Origin: a virus
Lineage: Duplodnaviria; Caudoviricetes
Length of the DNA: 38,591 nucleotides
IMG/VR virus record: IMGVR_UViG_3300032294_001028
Span: 1 to 38,591 of that record
Direction: 5' to 3' (one strand)
A program made the position numbers and the translations under genes. Position 1 is the first letter of the stretch. Every line of letters begins with the position of its first letter. Below, piece by piece: positions 8,234-17,386 of this stretch. Under the pieces are notes generated by a model. That model saw only the letters and a program-made list of their open reading frames with translations. It ran no database searches and had not been told where the DNA came from.

Positions 8234-10004
8234 GAATGTAGCTGAGTCACTAGGCTGGGAGCTTGGTGTCGACTTCCCCGAATGGGGCAACACAGATGAA
8301 TATGTAAAGACAATCTCAAAAGGATACCTTATGCCAGGAGAGAAACCTGTTGATGCATACTGGCGCGTGGCTAATGCTGCTGCTCGTCGTCTATACAAGC
8401 CTGAACTTGCACCTAAGTTCTTTGAGTACATCTGGAATAACTGGCTTGGACTCGCTACGCCTGTGCTCGCCAATATGGGTACAGACCGTGGCCTTCCAAT
8501 TAGCTGTTACGGCATTGACGTGGCTGATAGCGTGCACGACATCGGCTCAAAGAACCTCGAGCTTATGATGCTGGCAAAGCACGGAGGTGGCGTAGGTATC
8601 GGAATCAATATGCTTCGCCCTGCTGGTTCGCCAATCTCCAACAGCAATGGAACAACCGATGGCGTGGTTCCGTTCTGTAAGATCTACGACTCAACCATCC
8701 TCGCTACATCTCAGGGTAACGTACGCCGCGGTGCTGCATCAGTGAACCTGAACATCGAACACGATGACTTCTGGGAGTGGATCGAGATCCGTGAACCTAA
8801 GGGAGACGTGAATCGCCAGAGCCTTAACCTGCATCAGTGTGTTGTCATCTCAGACAAGTTTATGCGTCGCCTAGAAGAAGGAGACGAGGATGCACGTCGT
8901 CGTTGGTCTAAGGTGCTGCAAAAGCGTAAGGCTACCGGAGAGCCGTACATTATGTACCGCGGCAACGTGAACAAGCAGAACCCTGAGGCTTACAAGCACA
9001 ACGGACTGAAGGTCTTTATGACCAACATCTGTTCAGAGATTACTCTTCATACTGACGAGTCACACAGCTTCATCTGCTGTTTGTCCTCGCTCAACCTAGC
9101 AAAGTATGACGAGTGGAAAGATACCGATGTAGTGTACTACTCTACGTGGTTCTTAGATGGTGTGCTAGAAGAGTTCATCCAGAAAGCCAAGAATATGAAG
9201 GGCTTCGAAAATTCGGTTCGCTCCGCTGAAAAGGGACGGGCACTTGGCCTGGGCGTACTTGGATGGCACACCTATCTACAGCAACGCGGGATTCCGTTTG
9301 AAGGGCTGCAGTCGCAGCTGGAGACCCGACGCATCTTCTCTCACATCAAGATGGAAAGCGATCGTGCTAGCCGTGATATGGCTCGCGTGTATGGCGAACC
9401 GCTTTGGTGCCGTGGGTTCGGTGTTCGCAACACCCACACCCGTGCTATTGCCCCTACGGTATCGAACAGCAAGCTTAGCGGAAACGTTAGCGCTGGAATC
9501 GAGCCGTGGGCAGCTAACGTCTTCACCGAGCAGTCAGCAAAAGGAACCTTCATCCGTAAGAACCCTACGCTTGAGAAGCTGTTGAAGAAAATAGGGATCA
9601 ACACCAAGGAGGTTTGGGATCAAATCTTGGCTGATGGTGGCTCTATCCAGAACATAGATGAGCTGAATGGATGGGTACTTCAGAACGGAAAGGTTATGAA
9701 ACAGGAGGACGCTGACGAAATGGTAGGATACTACACCGTCAAGGAAGTGTACAAGACCTTCAAGGAGATCAACCAGCTTGACCTTGTCATTCAAGCAGGA
9801 CTACGTCAGCAGTACATTGACCAAGCGGTCAGTCTTAACCTCGCGTTCCCATCGGAGGCTTCTCCGAAGTGGATCAACCAAGTCCATATGGAAGCTTGGA
9901 AGCGTGGAGTGAAGACGCTGTACTATATGCGAACAGAGTCGGTACTGCGAGGAGACATCGCTACTAAAGCGATGGATCCGACCTGCGTGAGCTGCGACGG
10001 TTAG
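8226..10004 (+). CDS. nrdA: Class I ribonucleotide reductase alpha subunit (no ATP cone)
   Basis: PISC, GGGVG, RRGA, TNICSEI (catalytic NxCxE), APT, KTLYY and C-terminal CVSC. Confidence 0.96.
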   Translation: MAKNVAESLGWELGVDFPEWGNTDEYVKTISKGYLMPGEKPVDAYWRVANAAARRLYKPELAPKFFEYIWNNWLGLATPVLANMGTDRGLPISCYGIDVADSVHDIGSKNLELMMLAKHGGGVGIGINMLRPAGSPISNSNGTTDGVVPFCKIYDSTILATSQGNVRRGAASVNLNIEHDDFWEWIEIREPKGDVNRQSLNLHQCVVISDKFMRRLEEGDEDARRRWSKVLQKRKATGEPYIMYRGNVNKQNPEAYKHNGLKVFMTNICSEITLHTDESHSFICCLSSLNLAKYDEWKDTDVVYYSTWFLDGVLEEFIQKAKNMKGFENSVRSAEKGRALGLGVLGWHTYLQQRGIPFEGLQSQLETRRIFSHIKMESDRASRDMARVYGEPLWCRGFGVRNTHTRAIAPTVSNSKLSGNVSAGIEPWAANVFTEQSAKGTFIRKNPTLEKLLKKIGINTKEVWDQILADGGSIQNIDELNGWVLQNGKVMKQEDADEMVGYYTVKEVYKTFKEINQLDLVIQAGLRQQYIDQAVSLNLAFPSEASPKWINQVHMEAWKRGVKTLYYMRTESVLRGDIATKAMDPTCVSCDG

Positions 10005-10077
10005 TACACTTAGCATACTCACAGTTGCCATCACAAGCTGTTGGTCTGGTCTCGCACCATCCCACCACAGCTGGATC

Positions 10078-10111
10078 AAGGGGCTCGTCGTAAGACGGGC
10101 CTTTGTTATTT
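10078..10111. terminator. Probable bidirectional terminator between the convergent arms
   Basis: gggctcgtc-gtaa-gacgggcct followed by ttgttattt, at the strand switch. Confidence 0.75.
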
Positions 10112-10249
10112 GCCCTGCCCACGGTAAGACTTTGCGTAGTTTTTTGAGGTCTTCAATTTACTAGTCTTTGTCTTTGCGTGAACGCCGGGGCGGTTAACCT
10201 TACTATTGGGCTTGAACGTGGATGCAGTCTGTGCTTTAATCTTTGCCAT
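10106..10249 (-). CDS. Small basic phage protein, 47 aa, ending YRGQGK (not in ORF track)
   Basis: MAKIKAQTASTFKPNSKVNRPGVHAKTKTSKLKTSKNYAKSYRGQGK; TAATG-coupled to the upstream gene. YRGQG[RK] ends are familiar in small phage proteins. Confidence 0.8.
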   Translation of the reverse strand: MAKIKAQTASTFKPNSKVNRPGVHAKTKTSKLKTSKNYAKSYRGQGK

Positions 10250-10662
10250 TACTTGAAACGATATAGAAACATCATAACGGCTAAACAGGCCGCCAGAAAC
10301 AAAAGTAGGAAATCTTTGATCTTGCTTCCTTTAGTCTCAGGTTGAACAAGTTGCGGTGGACACTCTGCCTGAACAGATACCGGATACGGAACCTCCTTCA
10401 CTTGGGTCTTCACTATCATCTTATCTTGATACTTTGTGATCACAACGCGCACAGTGTCGTTGTCGATGACGGTGGAGTCCCCCGCTTCTGGAACCTCAAC
10501 GGTGTCCGTCAGGTAGATTGGCGGAGTCACAATCGTGTCCCATATCGTAACAACCGTGGGCTTCAAGATAGAAGGGTCCTTCTTGGCTGCTTGTTTCAAG
10601 TGCCACGTTGCGCTGCATCCTGTTAAGAATGCAGTTAGTGATAGGATTAAGATGTACTTCAT
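10249..10662 (-). CDS. Lipoprotein with C-terminal TM helix; unimolecular-spanin-like
   Basis: Lipobox LTGC at residue 16, DT-rich beta region, C-terminal FLLLFLAACLAVMMFL. Confidence 0.6.
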   Translation of the reverse strand: MKYILILSLTAFLTGCSATWHLKQAAKKDPSILKPTVVTIWDTIVTPPIYLTDTVEVPEAGDSTVIDNDTVRVVITKYQDKMIVKTQVKEVPYPVSVQAECPPQLVQPETKGSKIKDFLLLFLAACLAVMMFLYRFK

Positions 10663-13600
10663 TTCGTTTCGGGGATTTCATAACCAGTTAAAATGTAAAC
10701 CTCTTCTGCAGGCTTGAATTGACGCTTGATGTTCTTGTTAGCATCAACAATCATTTTGGTGTTACCCTTTTTAATGCCGATGTTTATGATTGCCTTGTAC
10801 ATCTTGCGAACTTCTTCAAGCTCTGCAAGGCGATTCCTGCGGGCGATACCAGTAAGATCAGTATACTGCTCTTGCTTGGTAGCAAACTGCTGACCAAAGA
10901 AATATAGCTGAGTTCCGGTGTCAAACGTGTAGTCACGGATAAATGCGCGCGATGTAACACGACCAACAGCATCTAGTGGACTGTATCGCTGTGCTTCAAG
11001 CTCGTAACGGCGAAGTTCGTCACGAACAGCAGACGTAGCAAACGGAGGAAGAATAAGAGACTTCAATGTATACCCACCGTATTTGTACGCCTTAGTAAAT
11101 GGGCTATCATAGCTGTTCACAATATCCTTACCGTAGATATCCTTTGAATCATATAGATTAAACAGGAACGTAACGGCCATATTCGGATTAAGCATATCCG
11201 TCATATGTCCAGGGAAGGACAGCGGATCAGTTACTACGTCGAAGATAGTTCCGTATGGATCCTCCATTGAGTAGTCATACGTGGTAGCAATTCCATCCTT
11301 AGTGATGCCAGTAGGAATGATGCTGTGTCCTTCCATCCAGTTAGGACGTAGAGCTTTGATGTCCTCTTCAAGTTCATCATCATCACCAAGCGCCATACCA
11401 GCAAGGATAGCAGGAATGGTTGCACGCATACCAAATACCGCGGCAGTACCCATAAGACGACCAACGCCAGCTTTCATATATTCAGCTTTCTGTTCGGCAG
11501 ACAATGAATTACCATCCTTATCCTTGCCTTTCATTGCTGTTTGGATATCCAAGTATCCATTTGCAAAGTTCGCAGTGAAACTTCTGAATGCCTCAAACTC
11601 AAACGACAAGAAGTCACCAAGTGGTAGCTGCGCAATGCGGTAATAGATTGGCGGAAGCCGAGAGAACGTAGGCGTAGATTGCTTTACTCGTTCAGCAGCT
11701 TCTTCGTGAACAAACTTCTTCTCTCCTTCTGTTAACTGATCGTAAGACTTACCAAACAGCTTGATAGAAAAACTTTTTATCTCCTTACGGAACACAACAA
11801 GTTTAGTGTAATCGTCCACAGAAGAGTACTTGTCTCCAAGCCACTGGTCAAATCCTTTGATGCGCTCACCTAGCTTTTGCATAGAGTTCAGGTAGTCCAT
11901 ATCGCTACCTATAGCGGCACGCTCATACATAGCATTTACGCCACCAATGAGGTTAGCATTCACGCCCTGACCAAGCAATCCAAACTCAGCCATAATATCA
12001 AGAAATGCTTCCGTCTCTGGGTCAGCACGCTTATCACGTAGAAGCTTACCGCGACGATTCAAGTCTTGAATGAACTCTGGATTGATTACGCCATTGGCCA
12101 TCATAGTCCACCATCCACCGGTAAGGTTCTTACGCCAAGTAGGTACGTTGTATATAACCTTCGACTTGCGTCCTAACAGCAAAATATTTAGATAAGTCTG
12201 GAACCAAGCCATTTCTGAATCGTAAAGGCGACGATCAGTGATAGCGTCAAACACATCTTTGTGTACGTACTTACCATTCAATGGAGAGAACTTGTCGTTC
12301 ACCTGACGGTATTCACCAGAAGCAATCTCTGCTTTAGTAGCTTCGGTCTTTACAAACTCAGTACCTTTAAACTGCGTAGCAATCTTAAGGATCATATCGC
12401 CCTTGTACTTAATATTGCTGAGTGACTCAGCTGTATCAAGGAAGCGAACAACAGGATCCTTCTCCTCCCCTAGTAGGTTACGGAACGTCTCTGGAAGATT
12501 TAACTTCTGCTTGAATTGCTTATCTGGCACTTTAATAGATGATGGGCTAACCATCCCAAGACCCTTGTACTTATCGCTTTCTCGAATCTTCTTAGCTTCT
12601 TCTAGATATGCTTTAACGTAGTCTTTAGCTTCAGCCTTTAGTCGCGGAGCTGCTTCTTCGATCTGCTTGTCTATGTAGTCATCCTTCTGTGCCAAGAACA
12701 GCGCTACGTTTTCATCAGTAATCTCAGAAGTGCCAATGAGAATATCCATAAGCTCCTTTTGAAGCTTAAACAACTTGCGCTTCTCATTAAGCTCAGTGCC
12801 GATCAGCTCAAGTTGAGCAATAAGATTCTTGACTTCGGTAGTCTTTTCTCCAGCTGGAAGCTGACGCTCTTCTTCGATAAGTTTTTCCCTAGCTGTTTCG
12901 TATGCCTTTTCAAGATTTGAGATCTCATCTCTTGTCTCTACTACGTCAAACATACTTACTAAGCTGTCAAACTCCTTTGAGTAAAACTCATTATATACTT
13001 CTTCAATGGCTGCTTTAATAGTAGCTTCTCCAGGGAAGAAACGCTTGTCCTTCCAGAATCGGTACGTTCCACGGAGGTATGTTCCGAGGTTTTCAAGTAT
13101 TGTATTCTGAAGATCGCGAGATAGCTTGGTGAATGCTGGGCTGAAGATTATGTCCTCACTGAGTGAGTCAATGTACTCGCGCATAGCATTCGACAAAGAG
13201 AACAGCAACTGTCCGTCTTTCTTATCGCGAAGGGTAGCTAATTCTTCTTCTGAAATAGATCCATCCATTACCTTACCAACAAGATCAGATGTTGCTTTAT
13301 CTGACTTGCGAAGCAGGTCATTCAAAGCGGTAGCGAACTCAGTAAACTTTTTGGCTTCACGGCTAAGCTGCGAGTTCAAGCTTTCCTTGTATGTACGGAT
13401 CTTGCGCTGCTCATCGCTCCACCAGAACGAACGCCAAGACTTTTTAGCTCGGTCTTTCCAGTCCTCCTGCTTGATGTCTAGGTCTTCAGTTTTTTCTGGC
13501 TCAGATATAGATTCACTGATAACACCAGGATTACCGAACTCTTCGTCTCCTGTATTTAAGTCGTCTACTAGCTGTTGGTTTATTGAAGCGTCTTGCTTTG

Positions 13601-16600
13601 CATTACCATCGTATTTTGTTACATCAGCAATCTTATCAAAGTAACGAACCAGATCTGGGTTGTATCCTTTCTCCTTGAATAGTTTGATCAGATTATCTAC
13701 AATTGCCTTAAGTGTGTTGTATATATCATTTAATATGCCTTCAGCACCGGCTTGGTTTGTATACCATTGATCAAACTGATTTGCAAAGTATTCTTGATAA
13801 CTATCCTTTGCGTTTACTCCACCAATCATTCCAGCGTTAATTGGAGCTGGAAATACCAAGCCAGTTAATTCTCTGTTCAAGAATTTTTCTGACATATACT
13901 TCATATAGTCAATACGATCCTGTGGACTTAGTAGATTAAAATATCCCCAATGACCTACTTCGTGGATGAACGTACTTCCATTGTTTGCTTTTAGCAAATT
14001 TGTAGCAAACTGATACAGATCTTTTTCACCCCTGAAGTTTATATTGAATAATTTATCGGATTTAATAGTATTGATTACAGACGCAAGAACATCCTTTTGT
14101 TTCTGACTTAATGATTGCTGTCGGTTTATTACAGATATAATTTGAGCCTTAGTCTTGTATATTACATCGTTCTTCTGAGCCTTTTGCATATCCGCAAATA
14201 ACTGCTCAGCTTGAAGATACGCTGGATTAAATCTATCAATATCAGCCTTAGTCCTTGGCGTGTACGAAGACATCATTACCAGTATGTCTTTAGCTGGAAG
14301 TATTCCTATGTTTTGTAAACGTAATATCTGACCAGTAATTTTTTGATTTTCCTTTAGATATTTGTTCCTGCTCTCAGACGCGCCGCGTTCTCTACGATAA
14401 ATCTCTCCAGTATTCAAGAATGAGAACAGCTCTGGATATGAAGTCTTAAAGTTTTGCTGCGAGATGAACGCATCTCCATTGGCATTAGTAGAAACAGCTG
14501 ATGGCGCTTCTTGCGCTGGAGCTTCTACAGGAGCAGCGGCTGGTGCTTTCTTCTCTCTAATCTTATCGAGTCTCTTCTGGGCTTTCTTAATATCAGCCTT
14601 TAATGCATTGATCTCATCCTTATATGTTTCAATGACATTCTCATAAGAATCTTTGGCGTCTTCGATTTGAGCCTTAAGATCGTCAATGAGATCACGCTTC
14701 TCGTCTGATGGGACCTTAGATGCTCGAACCTTGGCGATCTCTTCTTTGATGCGCTTTACTTCTTCATCGTAGTTTGACTTCTCCGTAGGGATTTCAAACT
14801 CTCTAAGATCAACAATCTTACTCTCATTGAGTTCAATTTCAGACAGAAGCTGATTCTCTTCGTCCGACACTTCCTCTGTTGCAACAACTTCTTCCGATGG
14901 AGCTGTTTCTTGAACTGGCTGCTCTACTGGAACTGGAGCTTCTTCAGCAGCTGGAGTTTTTTTAGCTTCAGTTGGTTTTACAATCTTCCCAGTAGATGTT
15001 TCAATAATTTCAATAGACTCTGGATTGAATACTACGAAATTCTTAGCGTCTCCGTAACCACCTTTTGAGTTGTATACAATGCCATCGTATCCAGATCTCT
15101 TTAAGATTTCAGTAGTTCTCTCTTTCCCTAATGCATCCTGAAGATCTAAGATTGCAGCAAAATTTGGAACATTATCCCACTCTATAGAAGCTCCCTGCTC
15201 ATTTCCAGCATATTCTGTTTCAGACAAGAAGTCGTTGAGAATACCAAAATAAGATGAAGGTTGTTTTGTGTCAAAGTCAAACTTATCTAGGTAGTCTTTA
15301 TATTCTTTTAATTCTTGATCAGTTAGTTTTATTTTATTAAGATCTCCATCTAATATTGGATCCCTAAATGGAATCCAATTCTTACCAACTCCATCCTTGA
15401 TCTTGACGGTATAGACTACACCAGTTTTGTCATCGGAAAGCTTTTTTGCATAAGATTTTGCAATGTCTGAGGACTCAGTGAAGTATAAACCATACCCAAA
15501 AGCTTGCTGTCCTTCTCCGGTTCCAATCTTCTCCAATAGGAACTTGTCAAATTCATATGGGCTTCCGTGACGCAGAATTAAATCGCTACCTTCTACTGTT
15601 ATTTCTTGGGGCTTTGTGGCTTCAGGCCTTTCTTCGACAGGTACTTGAAGTACTCCACCTGCTTCAGGCGCTTCTTGGCCTGTTCCTTCGACAGGCTGGG
15701 CTTCGATAGGGGCTTCCCCTTCGACGACAGGACTTGGTACCCCTGCTTCTTCTTGACGATCATATTTATCAGATATTTGTTTGATGTTATCTAGTAATCC
15801 GCGAACTTCAGACTTTAGCTGTTCTGCTGCTTCGTCTGATTTAACTTGTCTTAGCTGCCCTACTTTAGCTTTGAGCTCATCTTGAAAAGACTTTAGCTGC
15901 GTTTGATCTTCAGGAGTCATACGAGCTACTTTCTCATCGTCACGACGCTTCAGCTGTTCAATGCCATCAGTATATTCTTGAGCCCGGCGACCAAGCACTT
16001 CTTTCTCCTGTTCGGTAAGATCTGGATCTTGAGCTGCCTCTTGTGTCTTCTTAAGGCCTGCTCGAAGACCGCGAATCTTAGCCTCGTTATCTGGATCTAC
16101 AATAGCTCCAGCCCCGCGGCTAAGCAAGTACACACCACCGCCAGCTGCACCACCATAGATAGCACTCTCGGCAATCTCAATAGGGTTGAACTCTTCTCCG
16201 GCAATAACTTTAGCAAGGGTCTGTTGTGCTACGCTAGTAAGGACTTCTTCTGTTCCTTCTTCCATTACACTACGCACACCCCTTGGAACTGCACCGAACA
16301 GCATATCGCCAAGCTCTTTCTTGGTCATACCCTCGATAGCCTCTTTGCTGAAAGCCTTACGGAGCATATTGACATCGCCAAGGAACAGCTTCTCAGCCAA
16401 GTATTCTGCAGCACCTACGCCAATACCATACAGCATCTTCTCTCCTTCTGATAGATCAGAACGATTCTGTAGTTCAGCGTATCCAGATCCAGCAGCAGAA
16501 GCACCAAGCAATCCAAGTCCAGCAGCGCCACCAGTAGCGGCTACCGCGGCAAGCTGTGGTACTTGCTGCACAAGTGTGGATCCAAAGATTGCGAGTCCAG

Positions 16601-17363
16601 CGCCTACGTTGCCTTCGCCAATGTTGCCTAGAAAACCTTTTGAAATCTCGTCTTCGGTAAGCCCGTAGTCAATCAAGGCGTCACGGCTACGTTGTGCTGC
16701 GTCATCAAGAAAGAAACTAGCAAGTTCGCTGTCTTGTCCGGTAATCATTTCGTTGAACTTCAAAAGTCCACCAACTATTGACTCAGCACCAGCAGCTACT
16801 TCGCTAAGAACAGGAACAGTAAACTTAGATCCAAGATCAGCCTTGCGCTGTTGTTCTTGCTTAATCAGTTCGTTTACGTAATCAATAGCGCCCTTCTTCA
16901 GTGTGGGCACAACAGCATAGTCAATCTCACCAGTTTGCGTTACTGGATTCTGAGGGAGTACAGCGGCACGAGGGTCGTCAGATAGAGAACGGTAGGTGGT
17001 GTAAGCGTTAGCGAATGCCTGCTTATCTTGGATCTTGTTGAGGTCACCCTTTGCTTTGGCAACAGCAGTGTATACCTGCGCCGCTGCAGCGTCGGCAATA
17101 GCTTTCTTCTGCTGCTTGATGGCAGCCTCATTAAAGCCGAGCTGTACTCGCTCGCTACTTAATGATTCCGATACAGATGGTCGCAGATCCGATTGAGAAG
17201 CGGATTCCTCTAAAGCGCTTGGACTTTTTTTTTTAATGTATGAGTCAACGGACAGAACGCCTGCGTCGTCAAGTCCATTGTCCTTCAATACCGTGAGAAT
17301 CTGCTCTCGACTACGGCCAGCGGCCATAGCGCGTTCCACTAAAGATTGTAGCTCTTCGTTCAT
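10659..17363 (-). CDS. Giant virion cargo/ejection protein (polyvalent: ART-like and HExxH metallopeptidase domains)
   Basis: 2234 aa, last of three cargo genes. HGSP...IGTGEGQQAFGYGLYFTES (ART-PolyVal-like), TFIHEVGH...QEYFANQF, and a Gly/Ala-rich hydrophobic N-terminal region. Confidence 0.8.
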   Translation of the reverse strand: MNEELQSLVERAMAAGRSREQILTVLKDNGLDDAGVLSVDSYIKKKSPSALEESASQSDLRPSVSESLSSERVQLGFNEAAIKQQKKAIADAAAAQVYTAVAKAKGDLNKIQDKQAFANAYTTYRSLSDDPRAAVLPQNPVTQTGEIDYAVVPTLKKGAIDYVNELIKQEQQRKADLGSKFTVPVLSEVAAGAESIVGGLLKFNEMITGQDSELASFFLDDAAQRSRDALIDYGLTEDEISKGFLGNIGEGNVGAGLAIFGSTLVQQVPQLAAVAATGGAAGLGLLGASAAGSGYAELQNRSDLSEGEKMLYGIGVGAAEYLAEKLFLGDVNMLRKAFSKEAIEGMTKKELGDMLFGAVPRGVRSVMEEGTEEVLTSVAQQTLAKVIAGEEFNPIEIAESAIYGGAAGGGVYLLSRGAGAIVDPDNEAKIRGLRAGLKKTQEAAQDPDLTEQEKEVLGRRAQEYTDGIEQLKRRDDEKVARMTPEDQTQLKSFQDELKAKVGQLRQVKSDEAAEQLKSEVRGLLDNIKQISDKYDRQEEAGVPSPVVEGEAPIEAQPVEGTGQEAPEAGGVLQVPVEERPEATKPQEITVEGSDLILRHGSPYEFDKFLLEKIGTGEGQQAFGYGLYFTESSDIAKSYAKKLSDDKTGVVYTVKIKDGVGKNWIPFRDPILDGDLNKIKLTDQELKEYKDYLDKFDFDTKQPSSYFGILNDFLSETEYAGNEQGASIEWDNVPNFAAILDLQDALGKERTTEILKRSGYDGIVYNSKGGYGDAKNFVVFNPESIEIIETSTGKIVKPTEAKKTPAAEEAPVPVEQPVQETAPSEEVVATEEVSDEENQLLSEIELNESKIVDLREFEIPTEKSNYDEEVKRIKEEIAKVRASKVPSDEKRDLIDDLKAQIEDAKDSYENVIETYKDEINALKADIKKAQKRLDKIREKKAPAAAPVEAPAQEAPSAVSTNANGDAFISQQNFKTSYPELFSFLNTGEIYRRERGASESRNKYLKENQKITGQILRLQNIGILPAKDILVMMSSYTPRTKADIDRFNPAYLQAEQLFADMQKAQKNDVIYKTKAQIISVINRQQSLSQKQKDVLASVINTIKSDKLFNINFRGEKDLYQFATNLLKANNGSTFIHEVGHWGYFNLLSPQDRIDYMKYMSEKFLNRELTGLVFPAPINAGMIGGVNAKDSYQEYFANQFDQWYTNQAGAEGILNDIYNTLKAIVDNLIKLFKEKGYNPDLVRYFDKIADVTKYDGNAKQDASINQQLVDDLNTGDEEFGNPGVISESISEPEKTEDLDIKQEDWKDRAKKSWRSFWWSDEQRKIRTYKESLNSQLSREAKKFTEFATALNDLLRKSDKATSDLVGKVMDGSISEEELATLRDKKDGQLLFSLSNAMREYIDSLSEDIIFSPAFTKLSRDLQNTILENLGTYLRGTYRFWKDKRFFPGEATIKAAIEEVYNEFYSKEFDSLVSMFDVVETRDEISNLEKAYETAREKLIEEERQLPAGEKTTEVKNLIAQLELIGTELNEKRKLFKLQKELMDILIGTSEITDENVALFLAQKDDYIDKQIEEAAPRLKAEAKDYVKAYLEEAKKIRESDKYKGLGMVSPSSIKVPDKQFKQKLNLPETFRNLLGEEKDPVVRFLDTAESLSNIKYKGDMILKIATQFKGTEFVKTEATKAEIASGEYRQVNDKFSPLNGKYVHKDVFDAITDRRLYDSEMAWFQTYLNILLLGRKSKVIYNVPTWRKNLTGGWWTMMANGVINPEFIQDLNRRGKLLRDKRADPETEAFLDIMAEFGLLGQGVNANLIGGVNAMYERAAIGSDMDYLNSMQKLGERIKGFDQWLGDKYSSVDDYTKLVVFRKEIKSFSIKLFGKSYDQLTEGEKKFVHEEAAERVKQSTPTFSRLPPIYYRIAQLPLGDFLSFEFEAFRSFTANFANGYLDIQTAMKGKDKDGNSLSAEQKAEYMKAGVGRLMGTAAVFGMRATIPAILAGMALGDDDELEEDIKALRPNWMEGHSIIPTGITKDGIATTYDYSMEDPYGTIFDVVTDPLSFPGHMTDMLNPNMAVTFLFNLYDSKDIYGKDIVNSYDSPFTKAYKYGGYTLKSLILPPFATSAVRDELRRYELEAQRYSPLDAVGRVTSRAFIRDYTFDTGTQLYFFGQQFATKQEQYTDLTGIARRNRLAELEEVRKMYKAIINIGIKKGNTKMIVDANKNIKRQFKPAEEVYILTGYEIPETK
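15599..15763 (-). CDS. Overprinted small basic protein (54 aa) nested in an alternative frame of the giant cargo gene
   Basis: MIVKKKQGYQVLSSKGKPLSKPSLSKEQAKKRLKQVEYFKYLSKKGLKPQSPKK. Resembles a stand-alone small phage protein pattern (MI.K..GY.V.S.KGK.L......A.KRL.QVEYFK) and has an A-rich leader. Confidence 0.7.
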   Translation of the reverse strand: MIVKKKQGYQVLSSKGKPLSKPSLSKEQAKKRLKQVEYFKYLSKKGLKPQSPKK

Positions 17364-17368
17364 TACAA

Positions 17369-17376
17369 CAAAGATA
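17369..17376 (-). promoter_or_regulatory. -7 box TATCTTTG, 5 nt before the giant cargo ATG
   Basis: caaagata on the + strand, intergenic. Confidence 0.65.
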
Positions 17377-17386
17377 CTAATTACTT

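Noticed and set aside
15270-15290. DFD within DKFDFDTK as an RNA polymerase catalytic motif
   Set aside because: It lies inside the ART-like insert and lacks the DxDxD context.
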